This document shows positions 1 through 9,794 of a stretch of DNA of 64,000 nt, in pieces. How positions within the stretch are numbered: position 1 is the stretch's first letter; each line of letters opens with the position of its first letter. Source of the stretch: a virus (Duplodnaviria; Heunggongvirae; Uroviricota; Caudoviricetes); the IMG/VR virus record IMGVR_UViG_3300031998_000026, positions 51,528 to 115,527 of that record; one strand, 5' to 3'. The notes under the pieces were generated by a model. The model was not told the DNA's origin. It saw nothing but the letters and a program-made list of their open reading frames with translations, and searched no databases. The position numbers and the translations under genes are program-made.

Positions 1-646
1 CCCCGACGAGCAGGAGCCACAGCGGCTCGAGGGGCAGCCCCATCATCTTGTCGAACGCCTCGAGCGCGGTCTGCGCGCCCCATACGTCCCTCACCCCCTC
101 TATGGCGGCGAACGGGTCGTCGTCCCACACCGACTCGTCCTCCCACTCGCGCCCCTCGTCGCCGGGGTAGGAGAAGTGCGCCGAGCGTATCGGGTTGCCC
201 GGCAGTATGCCGTGGCGCTCCGCCCAGGTGAGCACGGACGAGAGGGCCGCCTTGCACTGCCTCGCGTCGACCCTGCCGGGGACGCCGTCTATCATGGACT
301 GGACCATGGGGACGGTTATGTGCGACACGTCCTCCCCGCCGAGCGCCGGCAGCACGTGGAGCCTCATGCAGCACTCGTAGCGGTCGAGCGTCGAGTTGGC
401 GAGCCTGCCTCGCCTCTCCGCCTCGTATGCCGACCACAGCGTCGCGAGCGTCCTGCCGGCGGACAGGGCGGGGCTCCTGCCGAGCTCGACCGCGGTCCTC
501 GCGACCCACGCCTCGGCCTCGTCGCGGCCGTCGAACGTCGCGTACCTCCTCCTCGGCGAGCCGTCGACCCTGAAGCCGACCGCCACCGACGCCTCGATCC
601 TCCCGTTCGGCAGCTCGCGTATGCTGCCCACCTTCCTCTTCGCCAT
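1..646 (-). CDS. int: Tyrosine integrase, N-terminal part; the C-terminus lies outside the window
   Basis: Reverse-complement translation MAKRKVGSIRELPNGRIEASVAVGF...SAYEAERRGRLANSTLDRYECCMRLHVLPALG matches a phage-integrase N-terminal SAM-like domain. ATG at 644-646; the ORF runs off the window start. Confidence 0.75.
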   Translation of the reverse strand, partial: MAKRKVGSIRELPNGRIEASVAVGFRVDGSPRRRYATFDGRDEAEAWVARTAVELGRSPALSAGRTLATLWSAYEAERRGRLANSTLDRYECCMRLHVLPALGGEDVSHITVPMVQSMIDGVPGRVDARQCKAALSSVLTWAERHGILPGNPIRSAHFSYPGDEGREWEDESVWDDDPFAAIEGVRDVWGAQTALEAFDKMMGLPLEPLWLLLVG

Positions 647-967
647 GTCGAACCTCCGTTCCCATGCCCGCGAGGGCCGCTGAGGGCCGCTCTGGCGGGA
701 CTTCTCCGCGCGTTACGATAACTTGCCCGTCCGCTTGCCCGAGACGTCTCAGAGCGTATCTCTGCTCGGCCTCGCGGACTTTCTCTTTACGTATTTCTCT
801 TTATCTCAGTACTTTGTAAGTAAGTACTTTGTCCTTAGTACTTAGTAGTGTGCAGCCCACCAGCTATGGAAACGTGCATCTGGACTGAGCTGGGCAAACG
901 CGCGTCTCCGCAGTTCGCGCCAGATGTCGTTTTCCGCATGTGGTTTCCCGCACGTGGGTTGCGGGGC

Positions 968-1672
968 CTAGTACGTCCAGTTGACCGGCTTGCAGTCCCA
1001 GGTCACGCGCCCGATCACCGTGACCGTATCCGTGCCCTCGACGCCGAAGTCGTACACCTTCGGGCGATAGGTCGGGTCGCTCGAGTCGGGCAGCAGCTCG
1101 AACCCGTTCGCGAGCCTGCGCACCCGCTTTATGGTCGCGCTATCGCCGTTTATCGCGACCGCGTACGGCTGCATGTCGTGCTCGACGTAGGGGCACGGGT
1201 CGACGAGCGCGTAGCACCCGTTGGGCAGTATCCGGTCCATCGAATTGCCGACGACCTTCAGCAGGAACGCGTCTGGGTACCTGTCGTGCACCGCGCGCGG
1301 GATGGGGTAGCTGTCCTCGACCTCGACCATGTCGATCGGGGTGCCGGCGGCGATCGAGCCGTAGAGCGGGACCTCGACCATCTCGTGCCCCGTCGTCTTC
1401 CGCACGATGCGCGTTGTGCCGGACATCATGTCGCGCACGACCTTCACGCCCGACAGTCCGTCAGGCTCCAGCAGCGAGGTCTTGCCTATCCCATAGCATG
1501 CGGACATGCGCTCGATTGCGCCCATCCGCGGAATCGCCTTTCCATGCTCCCACTTCGAGATTGCGTTCTCGGAAACCCCGGCCACCTCCGCGAGCTCGCT
1601 CTGAGTCAGGCCGACGATTTCCCTGAGTCTCTTTATGTTATTAGCTACAACCACATTGGAATCATATGCCAT
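968..1672 (-). CDS. CI-like repressor: N-terminal XRE HTH plus C-terminal S24 LexA-type peptidase
   Basis: HTH NNIKRLREIVGLTQSELAEVAGVSENAISKWE; S24 serine motif VVGNSMDRILPNG and a downstream Lys; GGAGG RBS 9 nt before ATG 1672; divergent from the cro-like gene. Confidence 0.8.
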   Translation of the reverse strand: MAYDSNVVVANNIKRLREIVGLTQSELAEVAGVSENAISKWEHGKAIPRMGAIERMSACYGIGKTSLLEPDGLSGVKVVRDMMSGTTRIVRKTTGHEMVEVPLYGSIAAGTPIDMVEVEDSYPIPRAVHDRYPDAFLLKVVGNSMDRILPNGCYALVDPCPYVEHDMQPYAVAINGDSATIKRVRRLANGFELLPDSSDPTYRPKVYDFGVEGTDTVTVIGRVTWDCKPVNWTY

Positions 1673-1713
1673 GGTGACGACCTCCGTAAAATATTTCTTA
1701 TATTCTAGTAAAA

Positions 1714-1774
1714 AAATTCTTGACACGCAACTGGAATTAAATTACAGTAGACACCACCGAAACGGAGGGGGCAA
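1714..1774 (+). promoter_or_regulatory. Divergent repressor/cro promoter-operator region: TTGACA-N17-TAAATT overlapping palindromic 12-mer GAATTAAATTAC
   Basis: TTGACA at 1719-1724; AT-rich -10 overlaps GAATTAAATTAC at 1736-1747; a second copy of the 12-mer at 1966-1977. Confidence 0.45.
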
Positions 1775-1972
1775 ATGAAGACGTTGAAACAGGCACGCGA
1801 GGACAAGGGCGTCATGAAGACGGCCATGGCAAAACACCTCGGAATTACTGCTAAGACGTACGCAACTTACGAAAAGCATCCAGAGAGAATGCGGTTGGAC
1901 ACCGCGATGCGTGCGGCAGAGTTCCTCGGAATGTCGATGAACGATATTTTTTTCTTCTCGAACGAGAATTAA
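1775..1972 (+). CDS. Cro-like XRE-family HTH regulator
   Basis: MKTLKQAREDKGVMKTAMAKHLGITAKTYATYEKHPERMRLDTAMRAAEFLGMSMNDIF; divergent from the CI-like gene. Confidence 0.75.
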   Translation: MKTLKQAREDKGVMKTAMAKHLGITAKTYATYEKHPERMRLDTAMRAAEFLGMSMNDIFFFSNEN

Positions 1973-2612
1973 ATTACGGTTTGACATCCTAAGAGCAAGA
2001 AAACAAGCCCGACGAACGGAGTGATTCGAATGGCGAACGGCAACAGGCAAGGGACTGTAGCGGGGGGCGCGTCGTAGGAAGGCTTTCGGGCGGCGCAGCT
2101 CCCCGATGAGCGGACGGGCAAGGACTCGGACCGCCCGCTCACCGGAGCGTTGCGACGCCCCACCACGTCATGGCCCGAAGTTTCCCGAGTTTGAGGTTGC
2201 GCGGACGAGCGCGTGAAACAGAGGCTAGGCGAGAGGCCCCTCGGGGCAAACCGCGACGGACAGGCGGGACGGACCGCTGCTCCATGACGAGGAATCTATG
2301 GTTTTGGATGACTGCCCGCTAGGTCGCGGGACGTTGGAATCCTGGTAATGGGGAGGTCTCCCCGTAGGTCGACTCGGACAAGCTCCGAGGCGTGGGCCTG
2401 ACGCAAGGCGCACGAAAGAACAAATGAAACCCCGGTCGGCTTGCGAGTCGGTCGGTTGAGATAGCCGCGCCCGTCGAGTGTGCGCGGACAGGCAAGGCAG
2501 TGCCCTCGCGAGGTGAGATTCGCGAGGGCATCTTCGAACTGGGCACACCTTTCGCGGGACATGCCTGGTTCGACATTTTACCAGAGGGAGGCCGCGTAGG
2601 CCTCCCGTCTAT

Positions 2613-2686
2613 CGGGACGTAGCTCAATCGGAGAGAGCGTCCGCCTCCTAAGCGGAAGGTTGCGGGATCGTACCCCGCCGTCCCGT
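2613..2686 (+). tRNA. tRNA-Arg (anticodon CCT)
   Basis: Hand-folded cloverleaf: acceptor CGGGACG/CGTCCCG, D arm GCTC/GAGC, anticodon stem TCCGC/GCGGA with loop CTCCTAA, T arm GCGGG-ATCGTAC-CCCGC; CCA not encoded. Confidence 0.7.
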
Positions 2687-2783
2687 CCTATGGATATGAG
2701 AAGAGCCCGCGCTGCAGCGCGGGCCCACGGTAGCGATGTTTGCAACCACATCGTTGCCATTGTAGCACGAACGGAGGTACGAG

Positions 2784-3839
2784 TTGCCAGACACCAGCAT
2801 ACAACAGGTCGTTGGTGGCGGTCTGGGTTCCGTACGAACGTACGAGCAGGCGATTTCAGAGGTTCCTGCGTTTCGCGACGCGAGCATGGATGACCAAGAC
2901 AGCATTACAGCGTTGCTGAATGCGGTTGCCGCTTTCAACGGCATCATCTCCGCTGGAGAGCGTGAGATACGTAGGGCACACAGTATTGATGACATCAACG
3001 AGTTTAACAAGGCAACCATCGAGGCAAGCCGAAACGCAGGCAACATGGCCCTATGGGGACAGCAGCGTCTCGGAGAGCTGTTGTCGGAGCTGCCAAAAAA
3101 TACTAGCTTCCGTGGCAATCAGCACAGTGAGGCAACTTCCAGCGCTATGGAAGTTACCAAAGCCGACGCAATCGCCAATGCCGGTATATCGAAGTCACAA
3201 GCATATGACCTGCAGAAGATGGCTGAGAATCCAGACATAGTTCAGATGGTAATCGACAAGGCCGAGGCTGACGGAACGGTCGCACGCAAGGCGCAGGTGC
3301 TCCGCGCCATCGACGAGAAGAAGCGTGCCGAGCGCGAGCGCGACATGGCGAACAGGGAGCTCGACGCCGCACGGCAGAACCTCGCCGACGCATATCGCGA
3401 CAGCGAGATGCGCGACGCAGAGATGGCGCAGCTGAGACAGCAGCTTGCCGAGAGGCCCAAGCCCGAGGTCGTCGAGCGCGAGGTTCCACCTGCGGACTAC
3501 GATGAGATTAAGAGACAGGTCGCAGGGACCAAGCGCGAGAGCGAGCGCCTGAACCGCAAGTACCAGGACGTCCTCAGGGAGAACATGGAGCTGCAGCGTC
3601 AGCTCGAGCAGGCGAACGACACCTTGGTTGAGCGCGGTCGAAGCAGCAGCGCGAATCGCGACGTCGAGCAACTCATCAACAACATATACACGCTACTCAG
3701 CAGACATGGCGGAAAGGCCCAGGCATTCGGGGACTTCCACCTCGTCGACAGCGAAACCCAGAGCGAGTGCAGGAAGGCGCTCGTCGCCCTTGACGGTTTC
3801 GCGCAGAACCTATTGGTCATGACTGAAGAAACGACTTAG
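2784..3839 (+). CDS. Hypothetical coiled-coil protein
   Basis: 351 aa ORF with TTG start and GGAGG RBS; Glu/Arg/Gln-rich heptad-like C-terminal half. Confidence 0.5.
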   Translation: MPDTSIQQVVGGGLGSVRTYEQAISEVPAFRDASMDDQDSITALLNAVAAFNGIISAGEREIRRAHSIDDINEFNKATIEASRNAGNMALWGQQRLGELLSELPKNTSFRGNQHSEATSSAMEVTKADAIANAGISKSQAYDLQKMAENPDIVQMVIDKAEADGTVARKAQVLRAIDEKKRAERERDMANRELDAARQNLADAYRDSEMRDAEMAQLRQQLAERPKPEVVEREVPPADYDEIKRQVAGTKRESERLNRKYQDVLRENMELQRQLEQANDTLVERGRSSSANRDVEQLINNIYTLLSRHGGKAQAFGDFHLVDSETQSECRKALVALDGFAQNLLVMTEETT

Positions 3840-3844
3840 ATTGG

Positions 3845-4345
3845 ATGTATTTTATGAGCAACGAACTGGCAAACAACGACTCTGGCGAGCTTGGGGACTT
3901 CCTTCGCAAATTCCTTGAGATGTACGACGACGACAGGAAGAGCCAGAGCAATTCCATTGCGAACGTTGAGCAGAAGGTCGACGACGTCGCCACGACCGTC
4001 GATGACGTTGTCACAACTATAGGCGTCATAAAGGAAAGTCAGTACCTCGAGCCGTGGCAGGCCGCAAAGGTGCAGGAGGCCGCGAAGCTACGCGTGTTCG
4101 ACCTGCTCAAGGAGTACTGCGAAGACAATGGCGAGGACATCGACATAATCTGCCACAGGTACTTCGGCAAGTTCGTGAGGGCCATCCACAACGACGCGAA
4201 GAAGGCCGGCCTCGAGATCGGGAAGATAATCTACACGCCGAAGAAGAACTACGAGCTGCTGCTCGAGTTCATCGGCAAGTGGTACCCGACGCGCGGGGTC
4301 AAGGGGCAGATGGAGCACTATGACAAGCTCGCATCCGACAGATAG
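3845..4345 (+). CDS. Hypothetical protein
   Basis: 166 aa ORF with coherent codon usage. Confidence 0.5.
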   Translation: MYFMSNELANNDSGELGDFLRKFLEMYDDDRKSQSNSIANVEQKVDDVATTVDDVVTTIGVIKESQYLEPWQAAKVQEAAKLRVFDLLKEYCEDNGEDIDIICHRYFGKFVRAIHNDAKKAGLEIGKIIYTPKKNYELLLEFIGKWYPTRGVKGQMEHYDKLASDR

Positions 4346-4496
4346 TCCACGTCATCAATAAGCAGGAAAGCCAAAAGCAAGCGCCCCCGCGAGCGGCAAC
4401 TCGCGAAGGCGACAGAGGGCGATGACCTTTAGTGCGGGCATCGCCCTCAATTCTAACTCAATCTGGCAAGCAGATCAGGAAAGAGGGCAAGAAGGC

Positions 4497-5387
4497 ATGA
4501 AGTACGAAGTAAAGAACGTGACACCCGAGATGGCGAAGGCGTACCTGGCGAGCAACTTCGACCACAACAGGAAGCTGTCCAGGCTGCACGTCAACGACCT
4601 CGCGAGCGCGATGCGCGACGGCACGTACGTCTCGCAGAACGGCCAGACCATAGTGGTGGGCGCCGACGGGACGCTCTACGACGGCCAGCACCGCATGAGC
4701 GCGATAGTCGAGTCGGGCACGACGCAGCAGATGCTCGTCTGCACGCTCGAGGAGTCCGACGACGCCATAGCCACGTTCAGGAGCGTGGACGGCGGCATGA
4801 AGAGGATGGCCTCGACGTTCATAAGTCGTCCGTACCAGCTCGAGAAGGCGGCGATATCGAGGATGTCGTACGGCATCGAGCAGGGGACGGCCCCGCTCAG
4901 GAGCGTGCTCGACGGCAGGGCGACGGCGAGGGAGAAGATCACCAGCAACCAGGCCGTGCGCTTCTTCTACGAGCACGAGGAGCTCATGACCGACGTCGCG
5001 ACCACGTCGAAGAGGGTGCAGCTCAAGGTCGGCAAGGGAAGCCCGTCCATGTTCGCGACGCTGGTCGTCCTGACCCGCTTCGTCGGCAGGGGCGAGCTCG
5101 TCGACCAGTTCATGGCCGACCTCAAGAGCGACATACCGCGCTCGGCGGCGGCGGTCATGCTCACCAACAGGATGCTCAGGGCCTACTCGGGCGGCAAGAA
5201 GCCCGACAACAAGTGGCAGCTCGGCATCCTGCTCGACGCGTACGAGAACTACCGCGCCGGCACCGCCAAGAAGCTCACGAGGTCCACCAGGATGATCGAC
5301 TACTACGACAGGCTCATGTCGGAGGCACGCGGGCGCGGCGCGCGCATAGAGATGCCCGAGAGACGCCTCGTCATGGCGTCGGCGTAG
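4497..5387 (+). CDS. ParB/Srx-like N-terminal nuclease-domain protein
   Basis: ParB-box-like LYDGQHRMSAIV with conserved DGQHR; RBS AAGAGGG before ATG 4497. Confidence 0.7.
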   Translation: MKYEVKNVTPEMAKAYLASNFDHNRKLSRLHVNDLASAMRDGTYVSQNGQTIVVGADGTLYDGQHRMSAIVESGTTQQMLVCTLEESDDAIATFRSVDGGMKRMASTFISRPYQLEKAAISRMSYGIEQGTAPLRSVLDGRATAREKITSNQAVRFFYEHEELMTDVATTSKRVQLKVGKGSPSMFATLVVLTRFVGRGELVDQFMADLKSDIPRSAAAVMLTNRMLRAYSGGKKPDNKWQLGILLDAYENYRAGTAKKLTRSTRMIDYYDRLMSEARGRGARIEMPERRLVMASA

Positions 5388-5403
5388 GGAGGGGGGCGGA
5401 TGA

Positions 5404-5601
5404 ATGAAGGTCCAGTCCCCATGGCTCAAGCCAGAGGGCGTCGCGGAGTACCTCGGCATGTCCGTGAACAGGGTCTACGGGTGGATACGGTCAGGCAAGC
5501 TGAAGAGCCACAGGGACCCGAGCTCGAAGAACGGGGTGCTGGTGAACGTCGCCGAGGTGGACGAGATGGTCTACGGATGGCCCAGCGCGGAGCGGCGGTA
5601 G
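5404..5601 (+). CDS. Excisionase-family / MerR-like HTH DNA-binding protein
   Basis: PEGVAEYLGMSVNRVYGWIRSGKL, typical of Xis-type HTH. Confidence 0.55.
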   Translation: MKVQSPWLKPEGVAEYLGMSVNRVYGWIRSGKLKSHRDPSSKNGVLVNVAEVDEMVYGWPSAERR

Positions 5602-5817
5602 CCGTGGCGCTGGCCCTCGCGCTGGCGCTCGCGGCGCTCCTCGGCGGCGCGGAGTCCGAGGCGCTCGAGTCGCACGGAAGGTGGATGCACGAGGCGAGGG
5701 AGGGCGGCGCATGGGTCATGTGGTAGCGCAGGCGCAGGTGGCGGTGGTCGCGGTGGCGCTCGTCACCGTCCCGTTCGTTGTGGCAGCCGTCGTGCTCGCG
5801 GGGCTGGCGGTGGCGTC

Positions 5818-6045
5818 ATGGCGGTAGAGGTGCCTGACGACGCGCTGTTCGTCTACTGCGAGTACGAGCGGGACGTCCACGGGACGCACCCCGAGACGAA
5901 GGAGCCGATATACCCGCCGCTCGGCATATGCATCATGTGCGAGCCGAGGGCGCTCGGGTGGGCGAAGTCGAGCCTCGCGAGCCTCAACAGGACGCGCGGA
6001 TGGCTCGGCGAGATAACGGTGGAGGAGGTGTCGCGCCATGACTAG
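5818..6045 (+). CDS. Hypothetical small protein
   Basis: 75 aa ORF preceding rusA. Confidence 0.4.
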   Translation: MAVEVPDDALFVYCEYERDVHGTHPETKEPIYPPLGICIMCEPRALGWAKSSLASLNRTRGWLGEITVEEVSRHD

Positions 6046-6484
6046 GTACACGGTCGAGTTCTCGGTCGACTTCCTGCAGGGGAAGCAGAGGCCGCGGTTC
6101 GGCGGGGGCAGGGCGTACACGCCCAAGGAGACCAAGGACGCGGAGCGCCGCATCGGCATTGCGTACAAGGGCGCCTCGATACGCAGGTACGGCCGCGTCG
6201 TCAGCGCGCCGAGGGGCGTGCCGGTGGCGATGAGGATCGACTGCTACACGAAGGCACCGAAGTCGTGGCCGAGCTATCTGCCCAAGTGGCTGAAGCCGCG
6301 CATGCCGTTCGTCACCAAGCCAGACGCCTCGAACGTGCTCAAGGCTGTCGAAGACGGTCTGAACGGCATCGCATATCACGACGACTCGCAGATCATCGCG
6401 ACGCATGCGTATAAGCATGACAGGGACGAAGGCACGACCGACCGCACTGACGTGGTCGTCACATGGGATATCGAGGAGGATTGA
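6038..6484 (+). CDS. rusA: RusA-family Holliday-junction resolvase
   Basis: KPDASNVLKAVEDGLNGIAYHDDSQI catalytic Asp signature of RusA; about 148 aa. Confidence 0.75.
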   Translation: MTRYTVEFSVDFLQGKQRPRFGGGRAYTPKETKDAERRIGIAYKGASIRRYGRVVSAPRGVPVAMRIDCYTKAPKSWPSYLPKWLKPRMPFVTKPDASNVLKAVEDGLNGIAYHDDSQIIATHAYKHDRDEGTTDRTDVVVTWDIEED

Positions 6485-7353
6485 TGCCGGCGCATAAAAA
6501 GGTATCAGATGAACAGATCGCTGAGTCTTACAGGCGACTTAACAGCGTGTGGAAGGTCGGAGATGAGCTTGGCGTGTGTGGGCAGTCGGTGCACGAGCGA
6601 TTGGTGAAGCTTGGCATGAACAACCGCGTAAATGTGTTTACCTCTGAAGATGATAATTATCTCAAAGAGCGATATGTGATTTATCGCGACGCTGGGAAAC
6701 TGCAGGACCTTGCCGACGAGATGGGAAGGACGAAGCCGTTCATATGCAGGCAGGCAAGAAGGCTTGGGCTTACCGACCCACACCACAAGGCAAGATGGCT
6801 GTACACGTGGCAGGACATCCCAGAGTGCGTAGCAAGGCCGATATGGGAGCAGTTCAAGCGTAGCAGCCTTTGTTTAAGCGACTTCTGCTCCAATCGTGGC
6901 TACGACGTGCAGCACTTCGTCGACACCATGAACAAATATTATCCAGACGAATATGACATGGTCATTGAGTCAAAGGGCAACAGGGACACCGCACGTGCTC
7001 GTGGGATGGACTTCGAGTTCGAAACGCAAAAGGACTTGAAGAAGCACGGTTACTGCGCATTGAGGTCCTCTGCATCTAAGTCACCTGCTGACGTGTATGC
7101 ATTCAGATATGGGGAAATGGTATTTGTCCAATGCAAGATCAATGGCGTCTTCAACGTCGACGAGTGGAATGACTTCTACGATTACGCGAACAGTGTCGGC
7201 GCACTTCCCGTCATGGCTGTGTCGGGTCGTGACGGCAGCGGAGTCGGATACTACAGAATCACTGGTTTGAAAAGCGGAAAGAACAATGTTGCGCAACCGA
7301 TGGTTGAGTGGACGCCAACGGTCGTGCAGTTCGACCTAGAGGAGGAATACTGA
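6484..7353 (+). CDS. N-terminal HTH plus C-terminal PD-(D/E)xK-like nuclease domain protein
   Basis: HTH GVCGQSVHERLVKLG; C-terminal ADVYAF...VFVQCK resembles the D...(E/Q)xK nuclease core. Confidence 0.45.
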   Translation: MPAHKKVSDEQIAESYRRLNSVWKVGDELGVCGQSVHERLVKLGMNNRVNVFTSEDDNYLKERYVIYRDAGKLQDLADEMGRTKPFICRQARRLGLTDPHHKARWLYTWQDIPECVARPIWEQFKRSSLCLSDFCSNRGYDVQHFVDTMNKYYPDEYDMVIESKGNRDTARARGMDFEFETQKDLKKHGYCALRSSASKSPADVYAFRYGEMVFVQCKINGVFNVDEWNDFYDYANSVGALPVMAVSGRDGSGVGYYRITGLKSGKNNVAQPMVEWTPTVVQFDLEEEY

Positions 7354-7619
7354 TGGGAAAGAAGTACGACGACGCGATGGCGAGGATACGAGAGATAAGC
7401 GCCGCCCTGCCAAAGGCCGCAGAGAGCGCTTTTCCTGAGGTCCCGCGTGACCTCAGGAGCAAGTTGGCAATGGATGCCATGACCGCGGACATCGTCGTGG
7501 ACGCGCTGCTCGACGCGGTCGACGGCCACATGGCTGACAAGGACGCGGACGAGGTCGCCGAGCTCATCGTGAAGGCGGTCGCGGTGTCGAGCTCGCTCGG
7601 CATGCTCATGCTGGGGTAG
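7353..7619 (+). CDS. Hypothetical protein
   Basis: ATG overlaps the stop of the upstream gene (ATGA junction); 88 aa. Confidence 0.45.
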   Translation: MGKKYDDAMARIREISAALPKAAESAFPEVPRDLRSKLAMDAMTADIVVDALLDAVDGHMADKDADEVAELIVKAVAVSSSLGMLMLG

Positions 7620-7623
7620 CGCG

Positions 7624-8541
7624 ATGCTGGCGAACGAGGGCAGGCTGTTCACGGTCAGGAGGTATGACCGCGAGAGCCGCGACGACGAGTGGCTGAGATT
7701 CAGGCGAAGCGGCATAGGCGGCTCAGACGTCGCGGGGATAATGGGGCTGTCCAGCTGGGCGAGCCCCATCTCCATATGGAGCGAGAAGACGGGCAGGGTC
7801 GAGCCGGCCGACCTCTCGGGCAACGAGTGGGTAGAGTGGGGCACGAGGCTCGAGTCCGTCATCAGGGAGCGGTTCAAGGAGGAGCACCCCGAGACGAGGG
7901 TGATCCACCCAGACGTCACCCTGGTCGGCGTCGACAGGCCGTGGGCGCACGCGAACCTCGACGGCATGGTGCGCGACCCCGAGAGGGGCTGGGGCGTCCT
8001 GGAGGTCAAGACGGCGTCCAGCGACCGCGACTGGTTCGACGAGGACGGCAGCGAGACCGTCCCGATCCACTACCAGACGCAAGCGACGCACTACCTGACC
8101 GTCACGGGGTACGGGTACGTCATGTTCGCGGTCCTCGTGCGCGGCAGCAGGTACATGGAGAGACTCTTCGTCCCAGACGAGGAGGACGTCGAGACCGTGC
8201 GCTCGGCGGTCGACGGGTTCTGGAACGACTACGTGCTCGCCGACGCCATGCCGACGCTCATGACGGGGCTGCAGTCCGAGTCGCAGGCGCTCTACGGAAT
8301 GTACGCCGAGCACGCCGACGACATGCTCGACGGCGACGCCGAGATGGGCAAGAAGATAGCGAAGTACAAGGCGGTGTCGGATGCCGAGAAGAGGATCAAG
8401 TCGCTCAGGTCGAGGATAGGCAACGAGCTCAAGGAGGCCATAGGCGACCTCGCGGGCATCCGCACGGCGTCGTACGAGGCCAAGTGGATACGTTCTGAGA
8501 AGAGGGACAGCGGGCTCAGGGTCAAGGAGACCGCTGCGTAG
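7624..8541 (+). CDS. YqaJ-like viral recombinase exonuclease (lambda-Exo family)
   Basis: RRSGIGGSDVAGIMGLS motif, PD-(D/E)xK core; immediately upstream of recT. Confidence 0.8.
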   Translation: MLANEGRLFTVRRYDRESRDDEWLRFRRSGIGGSDVAGIMGLSSWASPISIWSEKTGRVEPADLSGNEWVEWGTRLESVIRERFKEEHPETRVIHPDVTLVGVDRPWAHANLDGMVRDPERGWGVLEVKTASSDRDWFDEDGSETVPIHYQTQATHYLTVTGYGYVMFAVLVRGSRYMERLFVPDEEDVETVRSAVDGFWNDYVLADAMPTLMTGLQSESQALYGMYAEHADDMLDGDAEMGKKIAKYKAVSDAEKRIKSLRSRIGNELKEAIGDLAGIRTASYEAKWIRSEKRDSGLRVKETAA

Positions 8542-8561
8542 GGATAGAAACGGAGGCACGC

Positions 8562-8723
8562 ATGTCGGCGAACGACAACAAGGCCCTTGTCGAGCGCGTG
8601 TGGACGCTGTTCGACAAGTGGCAGCTCACTCCAGAGCAGATAGACAAGGAGCTCTGCCTGTCTTTTGGCACGGCGAAGAAGCTCCTGTTCGTAAAGTGGC
8701 ACTCGATCGGGAAGGTGGCTTAG
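8562..8723 (+). CDS. Hypothetical small protein (53 aa)
   Basis: ACGGAGG RBS then ATG; MSANDNKALVERVWTLFDKWQLTPEQIDKELCL...; below the ORF-track size cutoff. Confidence 0.4.
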   Translation: MSANDNKALVERVWTLFDKWQLTPEQIDKELCLSFGTAKKLLFVKWHSIGKVA

Positions 8724-8727
8724 GGAT

Positions 8728-9573
8728 ATGGGACAGCTGGCAAAGGCGGCGGCGCAGTCGATGATAGCGCCGGCGCAGAACAAGTCGATCAAGTTCGTCG
8801 ACGACTCGGGCAACGCGATTGTCGTCAACCAGCAGGACGTGATGCAGTACATCTGCCCGACCGCGACCGAGCAGGAGGTCGTGTTCTTCATGGAGCTGTG
8901 CCGCGCGCAGCGGCTCAACCCCTTCATCAAGGAGGCGTACCTCGTCAAGTACAAGGGCGGCCCCGCGTCCATGATAACGGCAGAGATAGTGTTCGAGCGC
9001 AGGGCGAACGCGCACCCAGACTACGAGGGCATGGAGTGCGGCGTGGTGTACATGGACAGGGACGGCAACATACAGAAGCGCGAGGGCACGGCCACGTACA
9101 AGGTCGCGGGCGAGACGCTCATAGGCGGATGGGCGAGGGTCCACCGCAAGGGCCGCTCCGACTCCTACGCCGAGGTGTCGCTCGACGAGTACGACAAGGG
9201 ACAGTCGGTGTGGAAGACGATGCCCGGCGTCATGATCCACAAGTGCGCCAAGGGCGTCGCGCTCAGGCTCGCGTTCCCGTCCGACTTCCAGGGCATGTAC
9301 CTCGAGGAGGAGATGGGCGGGGCCCCGTCCGTCATAGAGGTGCACGACGCCGTGGTGACCGACGCCGAGGAGCCCGCGCAGGACGGGCCGACCGACGAGG
9401 AGAAGGCCGAGCTGCGCAGGCTCACCGACGAGTGCGTGGCCGCTGGCTACGACGGCGCAGAGATGGCGCGCTGGCTGTACGACAGGTACAAGGAGGGTGG
9501 CATCGAGGCCGCGCGCGAGGGGGCTGCGAACGCCATGTCCGCGAACGCGGAGACTGGCGAGGTCGCCGAGTGA
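8728..9573 (+). CDS. recT: RecT-family single-strand annealing recombinase
   Basis: RecT core FIKEAYLVKYKGGPASMITAEIVFERRA...VWKTMPGVMIHKCAKGVALRLAFP; paired with YqaJ. Confidence 0.8.
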   Translation: MGQLAKAAAQSMIAPAQNKSIKFVDDSGNAIVVNQQDVMQYICPTATEQEVVFFMELCRAQRLNPFIKEAYLVKYKGGPASMITAEIVFERRANAHPDYEGMECGVVYMDRDGNIQKREGTATYKVAGETLIGGWARVHRKGRSDSYAEVSLDEYDKGQSVWKTMPGVMIHKCAKGVALRLAFPSDFQGMYLEEEMGGAPSVIEVHDAVVTDAEEPAQDGPTDEEKAELRRLTDECVAAGYDGAEMARWLYDRYKEGGIEAAREGAANAMSANAETGEVAE

Positions 9574-9794
9574 GCGCACCGCCGCCGCCGAGGCGCAGGG
9601 CGCCGTCCCCGTCCGATCCCGAGAGGGCCGAGATGAGGCGTGTGGCGGACGAACTCGCGTCGTACGGGTACGAGAAGGCGGAGGCCGACCACCTCGTGTG
9701 GGACGGGTACAGGGGCGGCATGGCGGGAGTCGCCGCGGTCGCCACCGTGCTGGCCGACATGCCGACGGTCGGCGCCAAGGACATTGTTTTCTAG
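9570..9794 (+). CDS. Hypothetical small protein
   Basis: GTG overlapping the recT stop; C-terminal MRRVADELASYGYEKAEADHLVWDGY looks protein-like. Confidence 0.35.
   Translation: MSAPPPPRRRAPSPSDPERAEMRRVADELASYGYEKAEADHLVWDGYRGGMAGVAAVATVLADMPTVGAKDIVF

Noticed and set aside
176-721. 181-aa plus-strand ORF, Arg/Pro-rich
   Set aside because: It is the antisense frame of the integrase gene; the composition is typical of an off-frame GC-rich translation.
2225-3118. Several 60-156-aa minus-strand ORFs across the region downstream of cro
   Set aside because: They are Arg/Ser/Pro-rich with no start context, overlap the tRNA-Arg and the 2784 CDS, and are consistent with non-coding or antisense artefacts.
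7689-8559. 269-aa plus and 278-aa minus ORFs overlapping the YqaJ gene
   Set aside because: Alternative-frame and antisense shadows; low-complexity Arg/Gly-rich.
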